Below are positions 43,561 through 55,514 of a stretch of DNA of 64,000 bases, piece after piece. The DNA is from Escherichia coli. Its GTDB lineage: Bacteria; Pseudomonadota; Gammaproteobacteria; Enterobacterales; Enterobacteriaceae. Each line of letters opens with the position of its first letter. Position 1 is the stretch's first letter. Where the stretch lies: NCBI RefSeq assembly GCF_044324785.1, contig NZ_CP172127.1, one strand, 5' to 3'. The notes beneath the pieces are model-generated. The model was not told the origin of the DNA. It was given only the letters and a program-made list of their open reading frames with translations, and did no database searches. The position numbers were made by a program, and so were the translations under genes.

Positions 43561-43678
43561 TGCTGTCCTGTGCCAGAAAGCTGTAGAAAGGATTAGATAC
43601 TGGAGATAATAATGTGGGTTAATTTTGATTTATCAAATGAATAAGCGGCGTTGTTTACACCGCTCAATAAGTAATTTG

Positions 43679-43993
43679 TTAACCTTTGACCTTCGGCATT
43701 GCGATGTCTTTCAGGCCACCGGCGTTCTCAACGTGGGTATATCCCATCTCGCTAAGGATCTCTTTTGCCTGCCCTGACTGGCGTCCGGCATTGCAATACA
43801 CTTTCACGGTGTCGTTTTTATCCGGAACGGCGGTGGCAATGCGCTCTTTTACTTCCTTCAGGGGAATATTGATGGCCCCCTGAACGTGCTCTTGCTGATA
43901 CTGCTCTGGAACACGAACATCGATCCAGTGTTCAGCGGCGAAAACGGGCAGTGAAAACACCAGTGTCAGAGCAAGTAAGCCTTTTTTAAACAT
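43679..43993 (-). CDS. pspE: periplasmic rhodanese (thiosulfate sulfurtransferase) PspE (104 aa)
   Basis: signal peptide; rhodanese active-site Cys in YCNAGRQS. Confidence 0.9.
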   Translation of the reverse strand: MFKKGLLALTLVFSLPVFAAEHWIDVRVPEQYQQEHVQGAINIPLKEVKERIATAVPDKNDTVKVYCNAGRQSGQAKEILSEMGYTHVENAGGLKDIAMPKVKG

Positions 43994-44067
43994 GTAAGCG
44001 TCCTTCTATGGATGAAAATTGCCATCCATAATATGCCTTAGCTTTAACAATTTTTGCGAAACTCCCC

Positions 44068-44289
44068 TCACCTTTTATAACGCTGCGCCAGTTTATTGGC
44101 AGCCCGACTTAACAGCGGTTCCAGCGCCACGGCCAGCAACATTTTCAGTGGTCGGCGAGCAACTGATTTTATCGCCCAGCCAGCTACACCCGCCGGGCCA
44201 TAGCGCAGTGCGGTAAGAAGTACCAGCTTGCCTGCTAATTTGAAACCAGGCTTCACCTTTTGCCCGGCCTGTTGCCAGCGAGTATTCAT
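44068..44289 (-). CDS. pspD: phage-shock protein D (73 aa)
   Basis: ORF track 44068..44301 trimmed to [10 protein letters not shown]. Confidence 0.85.
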
Positions 44290-44297
44290 AACTTTCC

Positions 44298-44657
44298 TCA
44301 CAGTTGACGGAAACGGCTACGTAACGTGAAAGTATCGGAAGTGACATAACGTTCCATCTCGCGTAAACGCGTTTCACTTGCCGCCAGTTCACGGTCGACT
44401 TCATCCAACAATTCGCTGCTGGAAGGTAGCTGCTCACCAAAGGCCATGTTGTCCGGCATTGGATCAAGCGCAAATGACAAAATGATGTAAGCAACCAGGG
44501 TAAACAGCGCCAGACCGAAGAAAATCGACAGCACCACCAGGATACGCACCAGTTTTACCGGTACATCAAAATAGTTGGCAATCCCGGCGCAAACGCCGCG
44601 TACCATGCCCTGCTGCGGAATACGCCATAATTTTTTATTGAGATTAATGCCCGCCAT
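44298..44657 (-). CDS. pspC: phage-shock protein C (119 aa)
   Basis: 119 aa with single TM; overlaps pspB stop. Confidence 0.9.
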
Positions 44658-44881
44658 TAGCGATCCCTCCAGTTCGGATGTTCTGCATCAAGAATAGATT
44701 CCAGCGCCTGAGTACGTTCGCGCATCCGTTTTGCTTCATCAGCCAGTTGCGCTAATCGCTGCTGCTCACTTTGCGACAATTCACTGCGACCAGAACGATT
44801 GCTGTAATGCAGCCATAACCAGATCGGTAAAACAAACAGCACAAAAATGGTTAACGGAATAGCCAGAAATAGCGCGCTCAT
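44657..44881 (-). CDS. pspB: phage-shock protein B (74 aa)
   Basis: 74 aa with N-terminal TM helix. Confidence 0.9.
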   Translation of the reverse strand: MSALFLAIPLTIFVLFVLPIWLWLHYSNRSGRSELSQSEQQRLAQLADEAKRMRERTQALESILDAEHPNWRDR

Positions 44882-44934
44882 AAGGACTCCTTAGACGATG
44901 AGCGGCGGCGCGTTCGGACGCCGCCTGGATGTTA

Positions 44935-45675
<741 letters not shown>

Positions 45676-45769
45676 TTATCTTTTTGATTTATAAAGATCT
45701 GATTGAAGAATCAACAGCAGCATGCCAGGATAAGTTAGCGAATTACACTAACAAGTGGCGAATTTCATC

Positions 45770-46747
45770 ATGGCAGAATACAAAGATAATTTACTCGGCG
45801 AGGCGAACAGCTTTCTCGAAGTGCTGGAACAGGTTTCGCATCTCGCACCGCTGGACAAACCGGTGCTCATCATCGGCGAGCGCGGCACAGGTAAAGAGCT
45901 GATTGCCAGCCGTCTGCATTATCTCTCCTCCCGTTGGCAGGGGCCGTTTATTTCCCTTAACTGCGCGGCGTTAAATGAAAATCTGCTGGATTCCGAACTG
46001 TTTGGTCACGAAGCGGGCGCGTTTACCGGTGCGCAAAAACGTCATCCAGGGAGATTTGAACGTGCCGACGGCGGTACGCTATTTCTTGATGAACTCGCTA
46101 CGGCACCGATGATGGTACAGGAGAAATTATTGCGCGTGATTGAGTACGGTGAACTGGAGCGCGTTGGCGGCAGCCAGCCATTGCAGGTGAATGTGCGGTT
46201 GGTATGCGCGACGAATGCCGATCTCCCGGCGATGGTCAATGAAGGTACTTTTCGCGCTGACCTGCTCGACCGGCTGGCTTTCGATGTAGTGCAACTGCCG
46301 CCCCTGCGCGAGCGCGAAAGCGACATTATGCTGATGGCAGAACACTTTGCCATTCAGATGTGTCGGGAAATCAAGCTGCCTCTGTTCCCGGGGTTTACGG
46401 AGCGCGCCAGAGAAACATTGCTGAATTATCGCTGGCCGGGAAATATTCGTGAATTGAAAAACGTGGTGGAACGTTCAGTGTATCGCCACGGCACCAGCGA
46501 TTATCCGCTTGATGACATCATTATTGATCCCTTTAAACGGCGTCCGCCTGAAGACGCTATCGCCGTTTCAGAAACCATCTCGCTTCCAACACTGCCGCTG
46601 GATTTACGTGAGTTTCAGATGCAGCAGGAAAAAGAGTTGCTGCAACTCAGTTTGCAACAAGGGAAATATAACCAGAAGCGCGCGGCTGAATTACTGGGGT
46701 TAACCTATCATCAGTTCCGCGCGTTGTTGAAAAAGCACCAGATTTAG
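45770..46747 (+). CDS. pspF: sigma-54-dependent activator PspF (325 aa)
   Basis: ORF track 45755..46747 trimmed to MAEYKDNLL; AAA+ Walker A GERGTGKE and GAFTGA sigma-54 contact motif. Confidence 0.95.
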   Translation: MAEYKDNLLGEANSFLEVLEQVSHLAPLDKPVLIIGERGTGKELIASRLHYLSSRWQGPFISLNCAALNENLLDSELFGHEAGAFTGAQKRHPGRFERADGGTLFLDELATAPMMVQEKLLRVIEYGELERVGGSQPLQVNVRLVCATNADLPAMVNEGTFRADLLDRLAFDVVQLPPLRERESDIMLMAEHFAIQMCREIKLPLFPGFTERARETLLNYRWPGNIRELKNVVERSVYRHGTSDYPLDDIIIDPFKRRPPEDAIAVSETISLPTLPLDLREFQMQQEKELLQLSLQQGKYNQKRAAELLGLTYHQFRALLKKHQI

Positions 46748-46782
46748 CGAAGTTGGGCAATACAACTTGCCGGATGCGGCGT

Positions 46783-46786
46783 GAAT
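46783..46786. repeat. 4-bp direct repeat (GAAT) flanking the left end of the IS3-family element; lies within the left half of a split REP palindrome
   Basis: left flank ...gccggatgcggcgtGAAT | TGAACTGCACCCC... Confidence 0.6.
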
Positions 46787-47310
46787 TGAACTGCACCCCA
46801 AATGTTGGACATAATCTGACATCTGAAGGTGCAGTTTATGAAACATTCATTTGAAGTAAAACTTGCCGCTGTAAATCATTACCTGGCTGGTCATGCAGGC
46901 ATCATTTCTACGGCAAAACTCTTTCAACTTTCTCACACCAGCCTCTCACACTGGATTAATCTTTTTCTTCTTCACGGTCCTCGGGCACTGGATTGCAGAC
47001 ACAAGCGTAGCTATTCTCCTGAAGATAAACTTTGCGTGGTTCTTTATGCTCTCGGGCATTCTGAGTCTCTACCCCGGGTAGCTGCCCGGTTTAACATTCC
47101 CAGCCACAACACGGTTAAAAACTGGATAAAAGGCTACCGCAAATCTGGTAATGAGGCCTTTATCAGGCGCAGGAAGGAGAAAAGCATGACCCGTTCTGAT
47201 GATACCCATGAAAACGAGGCAAACATGACGCCGGAAGAGATGAAGAATGAGCTGCGTTATCTTCGCGCAGAAAATGCATATCTGAAAGCCATGCAGGAGC
47301 ATCTCCTGGA

Positions 47311-48218
<908 letters not shown>

Positions 48219-48222
48219 GAAT
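48219..48222. repeat. 4-bp direct repeat (GAAT) flanking the right end of the IS3-family element; start of the right half of the split REP
   Basis: ...CAGTTCA | GAATgctttatccggc. Confidence 0.6.
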
Positions 48223-48313
48223 GCTTTATCCGGCATACATAATCAATACGTCGTTTGCAGGCCTGATAAGCGCAGCGCATCAGACATTATTGCGTTGACC
48301 CTGCTTCTGCGTA

Positions 48314-49579
48314 TTAATCTTTCAGCGCATCCTGCAAAATTTTCATTGCCGCATCGAATTGCGCATCCGGGATGGTCAGCGGATACAGGAAACGAATCAC
48401 GTTGCCGTATGCGCCACAGGTCAGCAGAAGCAGCCCCTGCGCCAGCGCGCGTTGCTGGATTTTCTGTGCAATCGCCGCTGACGGCTCGCCCGTTTGCGGA
48501 TCGTTAAACTCTGCCGCAATCATAGACCCCAGACCGCGTACCGCCGCGATGGCCGGAACGCTTTCTTTGGCATCAATCAACGTGTTTGTCAGGCGCTGGC
48601 CCAGTTGATTCGCGCGTTCACAGAGTGATTCTTTGTCGATAATGTTGAGCACAGCGTGCGCGGCAGCCACCGCCAGCGGGTTCCCGGCGTAAGTACCACC
48701 CAACCCGCCCGGCGCGGGCGCGTCCATAATATTCGCGTTACCGACCACGCCCGAAAGCGGCATGCCGCCTGCGAGGCTTTTCGCCATCGTCATTAAGTCC
48801 GGCTTATCGGCGTAGTGATCCATGGCAAACAGTTTACCGGTACGCGCAAAGCCGCTTTGCACTTCATCGGCAATCATCACAATGCCGTGCTCGTCGCACA
48901 GGCGGCGAATGGCGGCAACCAGCTCTTTGGGTGCAACGTTGAAACCGCCCTCGCCCTGCACCGGTTCGAAAATAATCGCCGCCACCTGCTTCGCTTCAAT
49001 GTCCGATTTAAACAAGCGTTCGATGGCGTCGAGGGAGTCCTGCGTTGAAACGCCATGTAAATCTGACGGATAAGGTACGTGATATACCGAACCGGGGAAC
49101 GGGCCGAAGCCGATTTTGTACGGCGCGACCTTTCCGGTCAGCGCCATGGTCATATATGTACGACCGTGGAAGCCGCCGCTAAACGCAATCACGCCAGGGC
49201 GTCCGGTATGGGCGCGGGCGATTTTCACCGCGTTCTCCACCGCTTCCGCACCGGTAGTGAAGAACGCAGTTTTAGCCTGCCCGCTCACCGGGGCAAGGGC
49301 GTTGATTTTCTCCGCCAGGGTGACGTAGCTTTCGTACGGCACAATCTGATACGCCGTGTGGGTAAACTGTTGCAATTGCTGCTCCACCGCCGCGACCAGA
49401 TCAGGGTGGCGATGCCCGGTATTCAGCACCGCAATGCCTGCGGCGAAATCGATATATTCGTTGCCCTCTACATCCTTCAGCGTGGCGTTTTCTGCCGACT
49501 GGGCGAAGAAGTTACACATCACGCCAACCCCGCGTGGGGTAGCAGAAAGACGACGCTGATGGAATTCATTGTTGCTCAT
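48314..49579 (-). CDS. puuE: 4-aminobutyrate aminotransferase PuuE (421 aa)
   Basis: class-III PLP aminotransferase; 421 aa. Confidence 0.95.
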   Translation of the reverse strand: MSNNEFHQRRLSATPRGVGVMCNFFAQSAENATLKDVEGNEYIDFAAGIAVLNTGHRHPDLVAAVEQQLQQFTHTAYQIVPYESYVTLAEKINALAPVSGQAKTAFFTTGAEAVENAVKIARAHTGRPGVIAFSGGFHGRTYMTMALTGKVAPYKIGFGPFPGSVYHVPYPSDLHGVSTQDSLDAIERLFKSDIEAKQVAAIIFEPVQGEGGFNVAPKELVAAIRRLCDEHGIVMIADEVQSGFARTGKLFAMDHYADKPDLMTMAKSLAGGMPLSGVVGNANIMDAPAPGGLGGTYAGNPLAVAAAHAVLNIIDKESLCERANQLGQRLTNTLIDAKESVPAIAAVRGLGSMIAAEFNDPQTGEPSAAIAQKIQQRALAQGLLLLTCGAYGNVIRFLYPLTIPDAQFDAAMKILQDALKD

Positions 49580-49616
49580 GTTTCACACCTTTTGACTCTT
49601 CACTGTTAATCGGAAA

Positions 49617-50897
49617 TTAAACGCCCAGACGATCGCGCAGGCTGTAATAAGCCGCGCCCATCGCGGTAAATGGCACGCGCAGCGTGCGCCCGCCGGGGAA
49701 CGGGTAATGCGGCAGATTGGCGAAGGCGTCGAAGCGTTCGGCGTCACCGCGCAGCAGTTCAGCAATCAAACGCCCGGCAAGATGGGTACAGGTGACGCCG
49801 TGGCCGCTGTAACCCTGCATGTAATAGATGTTGGTATCAAGGCGACCGAACTGCGGCATGCGCGACAAGGTCAGCAGGAAGTTGCCCGTCCAGCGGTAAT
49901 CAATTTTCACGCCCTTCAGCTGCGGGAAGGTTTTCAGCAGTTTCGGCACAACAAGACGCTCAACGTCATCTGGGTCGCGCGCGCCGTAGACCACGCCGCC
50001 GCCGTACAGCAGGCGGTTATCGGCAGTCAGGCGGTAGTAATCAAGCAGATAGTTACAGTCTTCCACGCAGTAGTTTTTCGGGATCAGCGAACGGGCTAAA
50101 TCATCGGAAAGCCGCTCGGTGGTGATCACCTGCGTACCGCACGGCATGCTGCGTTTCGCTAGTTCCGGCTCTACTTTATCGCCCAGATACGCATTCCCGG
50201 CGACAACCACATACTTCGCCGTCACCTGACCATTGGCAGTCCGCACCACGGCTGGCGTGGTGTGCTGGATCTGCGTCACGGCGGAAAGCTCATACACGCG
50301 CCCGCCGTTCAGGCGGATGGCATCGGCTTCACCAATGGCGAGGTTTAGCGGGTGAATATGCCCACCGCTGTGATCCAGCAGCGCACCAGTGTAGCGATCG
50401 CTGGCGACCTCGCGGCGAATAGCGTTGGCGTCCAGCAGCTCCAGCTGTTTATTGCCGTAGCGTTCCCAGTTCTCTTTCTGCTCTTCGAGTGTGGCGAGTT
50501 GTTTATCATTCATCGCCACAAACAGACCGCCGGGGCGATAGTCGCAGTCAATCTGATAACGTTTGATACGTTCGCGGATGATCTCGCCACCCTCGAACAT
50601 CATGCTGCCGAGCATACGGGCGGTGTCCATGCCGTAGCTTTTTTCGATCACGTCGATGTCGCGGCTGTAGGAGTTCACAAGCTGCCCGCCGTTGCGTCCG
50701 CTTGCGCCGAAGCCGATGCGTGAGGCTTCAAGAACCACCACGTCAAAGCCCGCTTCTGCCAGATGCAGCGCGGAGGAAAGCCCGGTATAGCCGCCGCCGA
50801 CCACGCAAACATCGCAGGAAATCGACTCATTCAGTGTGTCGAATGGCGCGTATTTATTCGCACTGGCGGCGTAATAACTGCTGGTATGTTCGGTCAT
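49617..50897 (-). CDS. puuB: gamma-glutamylputrescine oxidase PuuB (426 aa)
   Basis: FAD-binding GxGxxG (VCVVGGGYTG). Confidence 0.95.
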   Translation of the reverse strand: MTEHTSSYYAASANKYAPFDTLNESISCDVCVVGGGYTGLSSALHLAEAGFDVVVLEASRIGFGASGRNGGQLVNSYSRDIDVIEKSYGMDTARMLGSMMFEGGEIIRERIKRYQIDCDYRPGGLFVAMNDKQLATLEEQKENWERYGNKQLELLDANAIRREVASDRYTGALLDHSGGHIHPLNLAIGEADAIRLNGGRVYELSAVTQIQHTTPAVVRTANGQVTAKYVVVAGNAYLGDKVEPELAKRSMPCGTQVITTERLSDDLARSLIPKNYCVEDCNYLLDYYRLTADNRLLYGGGVVYGARDPDDVERLVVPKLLKTFPQLKGVKIDYRWTGNFLLTLSRMPQFGRLDTNIYYMQGYSGHGVTCTHLAGRLIAELLRGDAERFDAFANLPHYPFPGGRTLRVPFTAMGAAYYSLRDRLGV

Positions 50898-50898
50898 T

Positions 50899-52386
50899 TC
50901 AGGCCTCCAGGCTTATCCAGATGGTTTTCAGTTCGGTGAATTTTTCAAGGGCATGCAGGGATTTGTCGCGACCGTTGCCGCTCTGCTTATAGCCGCCAAA
51001 CGGCACTGTCATATCGCCATCGTTGTAGTTATTGACGAAGACGGAACCGGCTTTCAGGCGGCGACTCATGCGGTGCGCGCGGGAGAGGTCGCGCGTCCAT
51101 ACTGCCGCGCCGAGGCCGTACTGGCTGTCGTTAGCAAGCTGAAGCGCCTGATCTTCTGATGTGAAACGCGTGACCACCAACACCGGGCCGAAAATCTCTT
51201 CGCGGCTTAAGGACGCATTCGGGTCTACATCCACAAAGATGGTCGGGCCGATGGCGGCAGCCAGCTCGGCGTTACGGCCATCCAGCAGCAGTTGCCCTTT
51301 GCCTTCGCCTTCACGAATAAAGCTATGCACCGAGTCGGCGTGGGCGCAGTCGATTAAGGTGCCCATGGTGGTTGCGGGATCAAGTGGATGGCCCGGCTGC
51401 CAGTTTTGCGCCTGCTGTTTTAACAGGGCTAAGAATTCATCGGCGATGCTCTCTTCCAGCAACAAACGCGTTCCGGCGATGCACACCTGGCCCTGGTTGT
51501 AGAAAATGCCTGCGGCGGTGGCGCTTGCCGCCTGTTGCAAATTCGGGCAGTCGGCGAAAACGATGTTGGCGCTTTTGCCGCCCGCCTCCAGCCAGACGCG
51601 TTTCATGTTGCTGTCGCCCGCGTCCTTCAGCAGCTGTTTCCCGGTGCGGGTTGAGCCAGTAAAGGCAATGGCATCGATATCGTTATGGCGCGAAAGCGCC
51701 TGCCCGGCTTCATGACCAAAACCCGTCACCACGTTCAACACACCATCCGGCAGCCCCGCGTCTTTCGCCAGCCCCGCGAGACGAATCGCACTGAGCGGTG
51801 ATTTTTCAGACGGTTTTAGAATCACGCTGTTTCCCGCCGCCAGCGCCGGGCCGAGTTTCCAGCAAGTCAGCAGCAGCGGGAAGTTCCACGGCACGATGGC
51901 GGCAATCACGCCGACCGGTTCACGCACGATCATCGCCAGCTCATGGCTACTGGTGGTCGCCACTTCGCCATACACTTTGTCGATCGCTTCGGCGTACCAG
52001 CGAATGGCGCGCGCCGCGCCGGGAATATCATCACGCAGGCTGTGACGAATCGGTTTACCGGTGTCGAGCGTTTCCAGCAGTGCCAGCTCTTCGGCGTTGG
52101 CTTCCATTAAATCGGCGAGTTTATTCAGTACCGCTTTACGTTTAGCCGGAGAAGAGAGTGACCAGTCGCCGCGTTCAAATACGCCGCGTGCTGCGCTCAC
52201 CGCACGGTCGATATCGACGCTCTTGCCGCGGGCAATTTTCGCCAGCGGTGCCTGGGTGACCGGATCAACGGTTTCAAAAGTTTCATTTTCCGCCGCAGCA
52301 GTATATTCACCGTTAATAAATAAGCGGGTTTCAATGGCGAGACTTAACGCTTTATCCTGCCAGTAAGCCAGATGATGAAAATTCAT
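50899..52386 (-). CDS. puuC: gamma-glutamyl-gamma-aminobutyraldehyde dehydrogenase PuuC (495 aa)
   Basis: ORF track 50899..52482 trimmed to MNFHHLAYWQ; aldehyde dehydrogenase family. Confidence 0.9.
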   Translation of the reverse strand: MNFHHLAYWQDKALSLAIETRLFINGEYTAAAENETFETVDPVTQAPLAKIARGKSVDIDRAVSAARGVFERGDWSLSSPAKRKAVLNKLADLMEANAEELALLETLDTGKPIRHSLRDDIPGAARAIRWYAEAIDKVYGEVATTSSHELAMIVREPVGVIAAIVPWNFPLLLTCWKLGPALAAGNSVILKPSEKSPLSAIRLAGLAKDAGLPDGVLNVVTGFGHEAGQALSRHNDIDAIAFTGSTRTGKQLLKDAGDSNMKRVWLEAGGKSANIVFADCPNLQQAASATAAGIFYNQGQVCIAGTRLLLEESIADEFLALLKQQAQNWQPGHPLDPATTMGTLIDCAHADSVHSFIREGEGKGQLLLDGRNAELAAAIGPTIFVDVDPNASLSREEIFGPVLVVTRFTSEDQALQLANDSQYGLGAAVWTRDLSRAHRMSRRLKAGSVFVNNYNDGDMTVPFGGYKQSGNGRDKSLHALEKFTELKTIWISLEA

Positions 52387-52535
52387 TATGACTCCTGTTT
52401 CACGTCTATCAGATATATGCAGTTTGTGAACGTCAGGGCGCAGAGATCCCCGGGCCGTATGCCCGTTTATTTCTGGCGACATTCTTTATAGATTGCCGGG
52501 CGCATTGCGCTTACCCGGCTTACAGAACAAAAAGA

Positions 52536-53093
52536 TTAAAACGTGGTGGGCGTATGGGCGCTGATAATTCGGCAAATACCTGCCGACGTATTACTGAAAC
52601 TGTGCGGGATGCCGGTATTAATGGCATAACTTTGCCCCGCGACGAGGTGGTAATCCTGACCATTAATCGTCAGAACAATTTCACCTTCCAGTACAGTGCC
52701 TATTTCCTCACCCTGATGCTTAATTCTTTCCCCAGTGGTTGTGCCCGGCTGGTAAGTTTCAAAGATCATCGCCAGCGTGCGATTCGGGTTACCGTTATGA
52801 ACCAGCTTCATTGACACACCCTGACTGCCCATCTCAATTAAGTCGTCCTGATTAATGACGACCTGCGGCTCATCAGGTTTTTCCGGCTCGGAAAAGAATT
52901 CCGAGAGTGACAGACCATACACCTTCAGCAGCTTTTGCAGCGTACTTATGGCAGGGCTGACTTTATCTTGTTCTATCGTACTGATAGCACTGTGAGTCAG
53001 CCCGGAGAGTTCGGCGGCACGACGTTGTGAAAGCCCCTGCTGCTGGCGGATTTCCGACAAGCGTTTTCCTGGCGCCAGTCCCTCATCACTCAT
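52536..53093 (-). CDS. puuR: repressor PuuR, HTH_XRE plus cupin (185 aa)
   Basis: 185 aa; N-terminal Xre-type HTH. Confidence 0.9.
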   Translation of the reverse strand: MSDEGLAPGKRLSEIRQQQGLSQRRAAELSGLTHSAISTIEQDKVSPAISTLQKLLKVYGLSLSEFFSEPEKPDEPQVVINQDDLIEMGSQGVSMKLVHNGNPNRTLAMIFETYQPGTTTGERIKHQGEEIGTVLEGEIVLTINGQDYHLVAGQSYAINTGIPHSFSNTSAGICRIISAHTPTTF

Positions 53094-53119
53094 ATTTGCA
53101 TTTCCTTAAACTGTAGTGG

Positions 53120-53884
53120 TCAGAGTCGCTGTTTTTCAGCGATATGGTGCTGACAAGCGGTGATAAAGCCCTCGAACAATATACGCGAAAGCGCGTACTC
53201 GCTACTGTTCCATTCCGGGTGCCACTGTACGCCCAGCGCAAAAGGATGATTGATGACGCTAACCGCCTCAACTAAGCCATCCGGCGAGCGAGCTTCAACA
53301 CGCAACCGTGGGCTAACGACCTTCGCCCCTTGTCCATGCAGAGAGTTTACCCAAAAGTTGCTACATTCAGGTAACAACGCAGACAGTAATCCCCCCTCTT
53401 CAACCAGAACTTCATGCGACGGCGCATATTGCTGCTCCACCGGCAGTTCGGGATCTTCCCGATGTTCCAGCAATTCAGGCTGTTCGCACAGCTTGCGATG
53501 CAACGAACCACCGGTTGCCACCACCAGTTCCTGTAAACCCCGGCAGATGGCGAAAATGGGGATGCGCCTTTCGAGTGCGGCATTAATTAACGCCATGCTC
53601 AGAAGATCACGCCCAGGATCGGCGTCAGGCTCATCGCCGTTTTCACCATATAGGTGCGGCTGCACATTGCTGGGACTACCAGGAAGATAAATACCATCGA
53701 GTTTCGGCAAAAGTTGTTCAAGTAATGACGGTTCCGCCAGCGCATGTGGCAGCGCAATTGGCAAGCCGCCTGCGTGGATGATGGCATTCAGGTACTTTTC
53801 TTGCAGAGTCTGGGTCGCATGACCCTTAAGCCTGTTCCTGCACATTACGACACCGATAACCGGATTGTTCATTATATTTTCCAT
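53120..53884 (-). CDS. puuD: gamma-glutamyl-GABA hydrolase PuuD, class-I glutamine amidotransferase (254 aa)
   Basis: ORF track 53120..53896 trimmed to MENIMNNPVIG; nucleophile Cys in AICRGLQ. Confidence 0.9.
   Translation of the reverse strand: MENIMNNPVIGVVMCRNRLKGHATQTLQEKYLNAIIHAGGLPIALPHALAEPSLLEQLLPKLDGIYLPGSPSNVQPHLYGENGDEPDADPGRDLLSMALINAALERRIPIFAICRGLQELVVATGGSLHRKLCEQPELLEHREDPELPVEQQYAPSHEVLVEEGGLLSALLPECSNFWVNSLHGQGAKVVSPRLRVEARSPDGLVEAVSVINHPFALGVQWHPEWNSSEYALSRILFEGFITACQHHIAEKQRL
53866..53880. promoter_or_regulatory. PuuR-box candidate 1 (overlaps the first codons of puuD)
   Basis: minus-strand AAAATATAATGAACA; first of three repeated 15-mers in the puuD/puuA region. Confidence 0.6.
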
Positions 53885-53942
53885 GCTCAATCTCACAAAG
53901 TGGACTAAATTATCGCCATTACTGCGCTTTAAATGACCTTTA

Positions 53943-53957
53943 TGTTCAATATTTTTT
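53943..53957. promoter_or_regulatory. PuuR-box candidate 2
   Basis: minus-strand AAAAAATATTGAACA. Confidence 0.55.
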
Positions 53958-54037
53958 CAATCTAGCAGTGGGTTTTCATTTTTGCAAACTCAATTTAACA
54001 TTTGACAAACATTTAGTTTGCATACAGATTCGAATGG

Positions 54038-54052
54038 TGGTCATTATATTTT
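54038..54052. promoter_or_regulatory. PuuR-box candidate 3
   Basis: minus-strand AAAATATAATGACCA. Confidence 0.55.
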
Positions 54053-54095
54053 ACGCTTTGATAACGAGCGGAAAACAAACCAAAGGCGAAGAATC

Positions 54096-55514
54096 ATGGA
54101 AACCAATATCGTTGAAGTAGAGAACTTTGTTCAGCAGTCAGAAGAGAGGCGGGGTAGCGCCTTTACGCAGGAAGTGAAACGCTACCTGGAGCGCTACCCG
54201 AATACGCAATATGTTGATGTTTTACTTACCGATTTAAATGGTTGCTTCCGTGGAAAACGTATTCCTGTTTCAAGCCTGAAGAAGCTCGAGAAAGGGTGTT
54301 ATTTCCCGGCCTCGGTATTTGCAATGGATATTCTGGGCAACGTAGTAGAAGAAGCGGGTCTGGGTCAGGAAATGGGCGAACCGGATCGTACCTGTGTTCC
54401 TGTTCTCGGTTCCTTAACCCCTTCTGCCGCCGATCCAGAGTTTATCGGTCAGATGCTCCTGACCATGGTCGATGAAGATGGCGCTCCCTTTGACGTTGAG
54501 CCGCGGAACGTTCTTAACCGCCTGTGGCAGCAGCTGCGCCAGCGCGGATTGTTCCCGGTCGTAGCGGTAGAGCTGGAGTTCTATTTACTGGATCGCCAGC
54601 GCGACGCTGAAGGGTATCTGCAACCGCCCTGCGCGCCTGGCACCGATGACCGCAATACACAAAGCCAGGTTTACTCCGTTGATAACCTCAACCACTTCGC
54701 CGACGTGCTCAATGATATTGATGAGCTGGCGCAGTTACAGCTGATTCCGGCAGATGGCGCGGTCGCCGAGGCCTCGCCAGGTCAGTTTGAAATCAATCTT
54801 TACCATACCGATAACGTGCTGGAAGCTTGCGATGATGCGCTGGCACTAAAACGCCTGGTGCGTCTGATGGCAGAAAAGCATAAGATGCACGCCACTTTTA
54901 TGGCGAAGCCGTATGAAGAGCACGCGGGCAGCGGGATGCATATCCATATCAGTATGCAAAATAATCGTGGCGAGAACGTGCTTTCTGACGCGGAAGGCGA
55001 AGATTCGCCGCTGCTGAAAAAGATGCTCGCCGGGATGATTGACCTGATGCCGTCATCAATGGCGTTGCTGGCACCAAACGTGAACTCGTATCGCCGCTTC
55101 CAGCCGGGAATGTATGTGCCGACGCAGGCGTCGTGGGGCCATAACAACCGCACCGTTGCCCTGCGTATTCCGTGCGGCGATCGTCATAATCACCGCGTGG
55201 AATATCGCGTGGCGGGTGCCGATGCCAACCCATATCTGGTGATGGCAGCGATTTTTGCCGGTATTTTGCATGGCCTTGATAACGAGCTGCCGTTGCAGGA
55301 AGAAGTCGAAGGCAACGGGCTGGAACAGGAAGGCTTACCCTTCCCGATTCGCCAGAGCGATGCCCTGGGTGAGTTTATCGAGAATGATCACCTGCGCCGC
55401 TATTTAGGCGAACGCTTCTGCCATGTCTATCACGCCTGTAAAAATGATGAGCTGTTGCAGTTTGAGCGCCTCATCACAGAAACAGAAATTGAGTGGATGT
55501 TGAAAAACGCGTAA
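54096..55514 (+). CDS. puuA: gamma-glutamylputrescine synthetase PuuA, glutamine-synthetase family (472 aa)
   Basis: ORF track 54018..55514 trimmed to METNIVEVENF. Confidence 0.95.
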   Translation: METNIVEVENFVQQSEERRGSAFTQEVKRYLERYPNTQYVDVLLTDLNGCFRGKRIPVSSLKKLEKGCYFPASVFAMDILGNVVEEAGLGQEMGEPDRTCVPVLGSLTPSAADPEFIGQMLLTMVDEDGAPFDVEPRNVLNRLWQQLRQRGLFPVVAVELEFYLLDRQRDAEGYLQPPCAPGTDDRNTQSQVYSVDNLNHFADVLNDIDELAQLQLIPADGAVAEASPGQFEINLYHTDNVLEACDDALALKRLVRLMAEKHKMHATFMAKPYEEHAGSGMHIHISMQNNRGENVLSDAEGEDSPLLKKMLAGMIDLMPSSMALLAPNVNSYRRFQPGMYVPTQASWGHNNRTVALRIPCGDRHNHRVEYRVAGADANPYLVMAAIFAGILHGLDNELPLQEEVEGNGLEQEGLPFPIRQSDALGEFIENDHLRRYLGERFCHVYHACKNDELLQFERLITETEIEWMLKNA

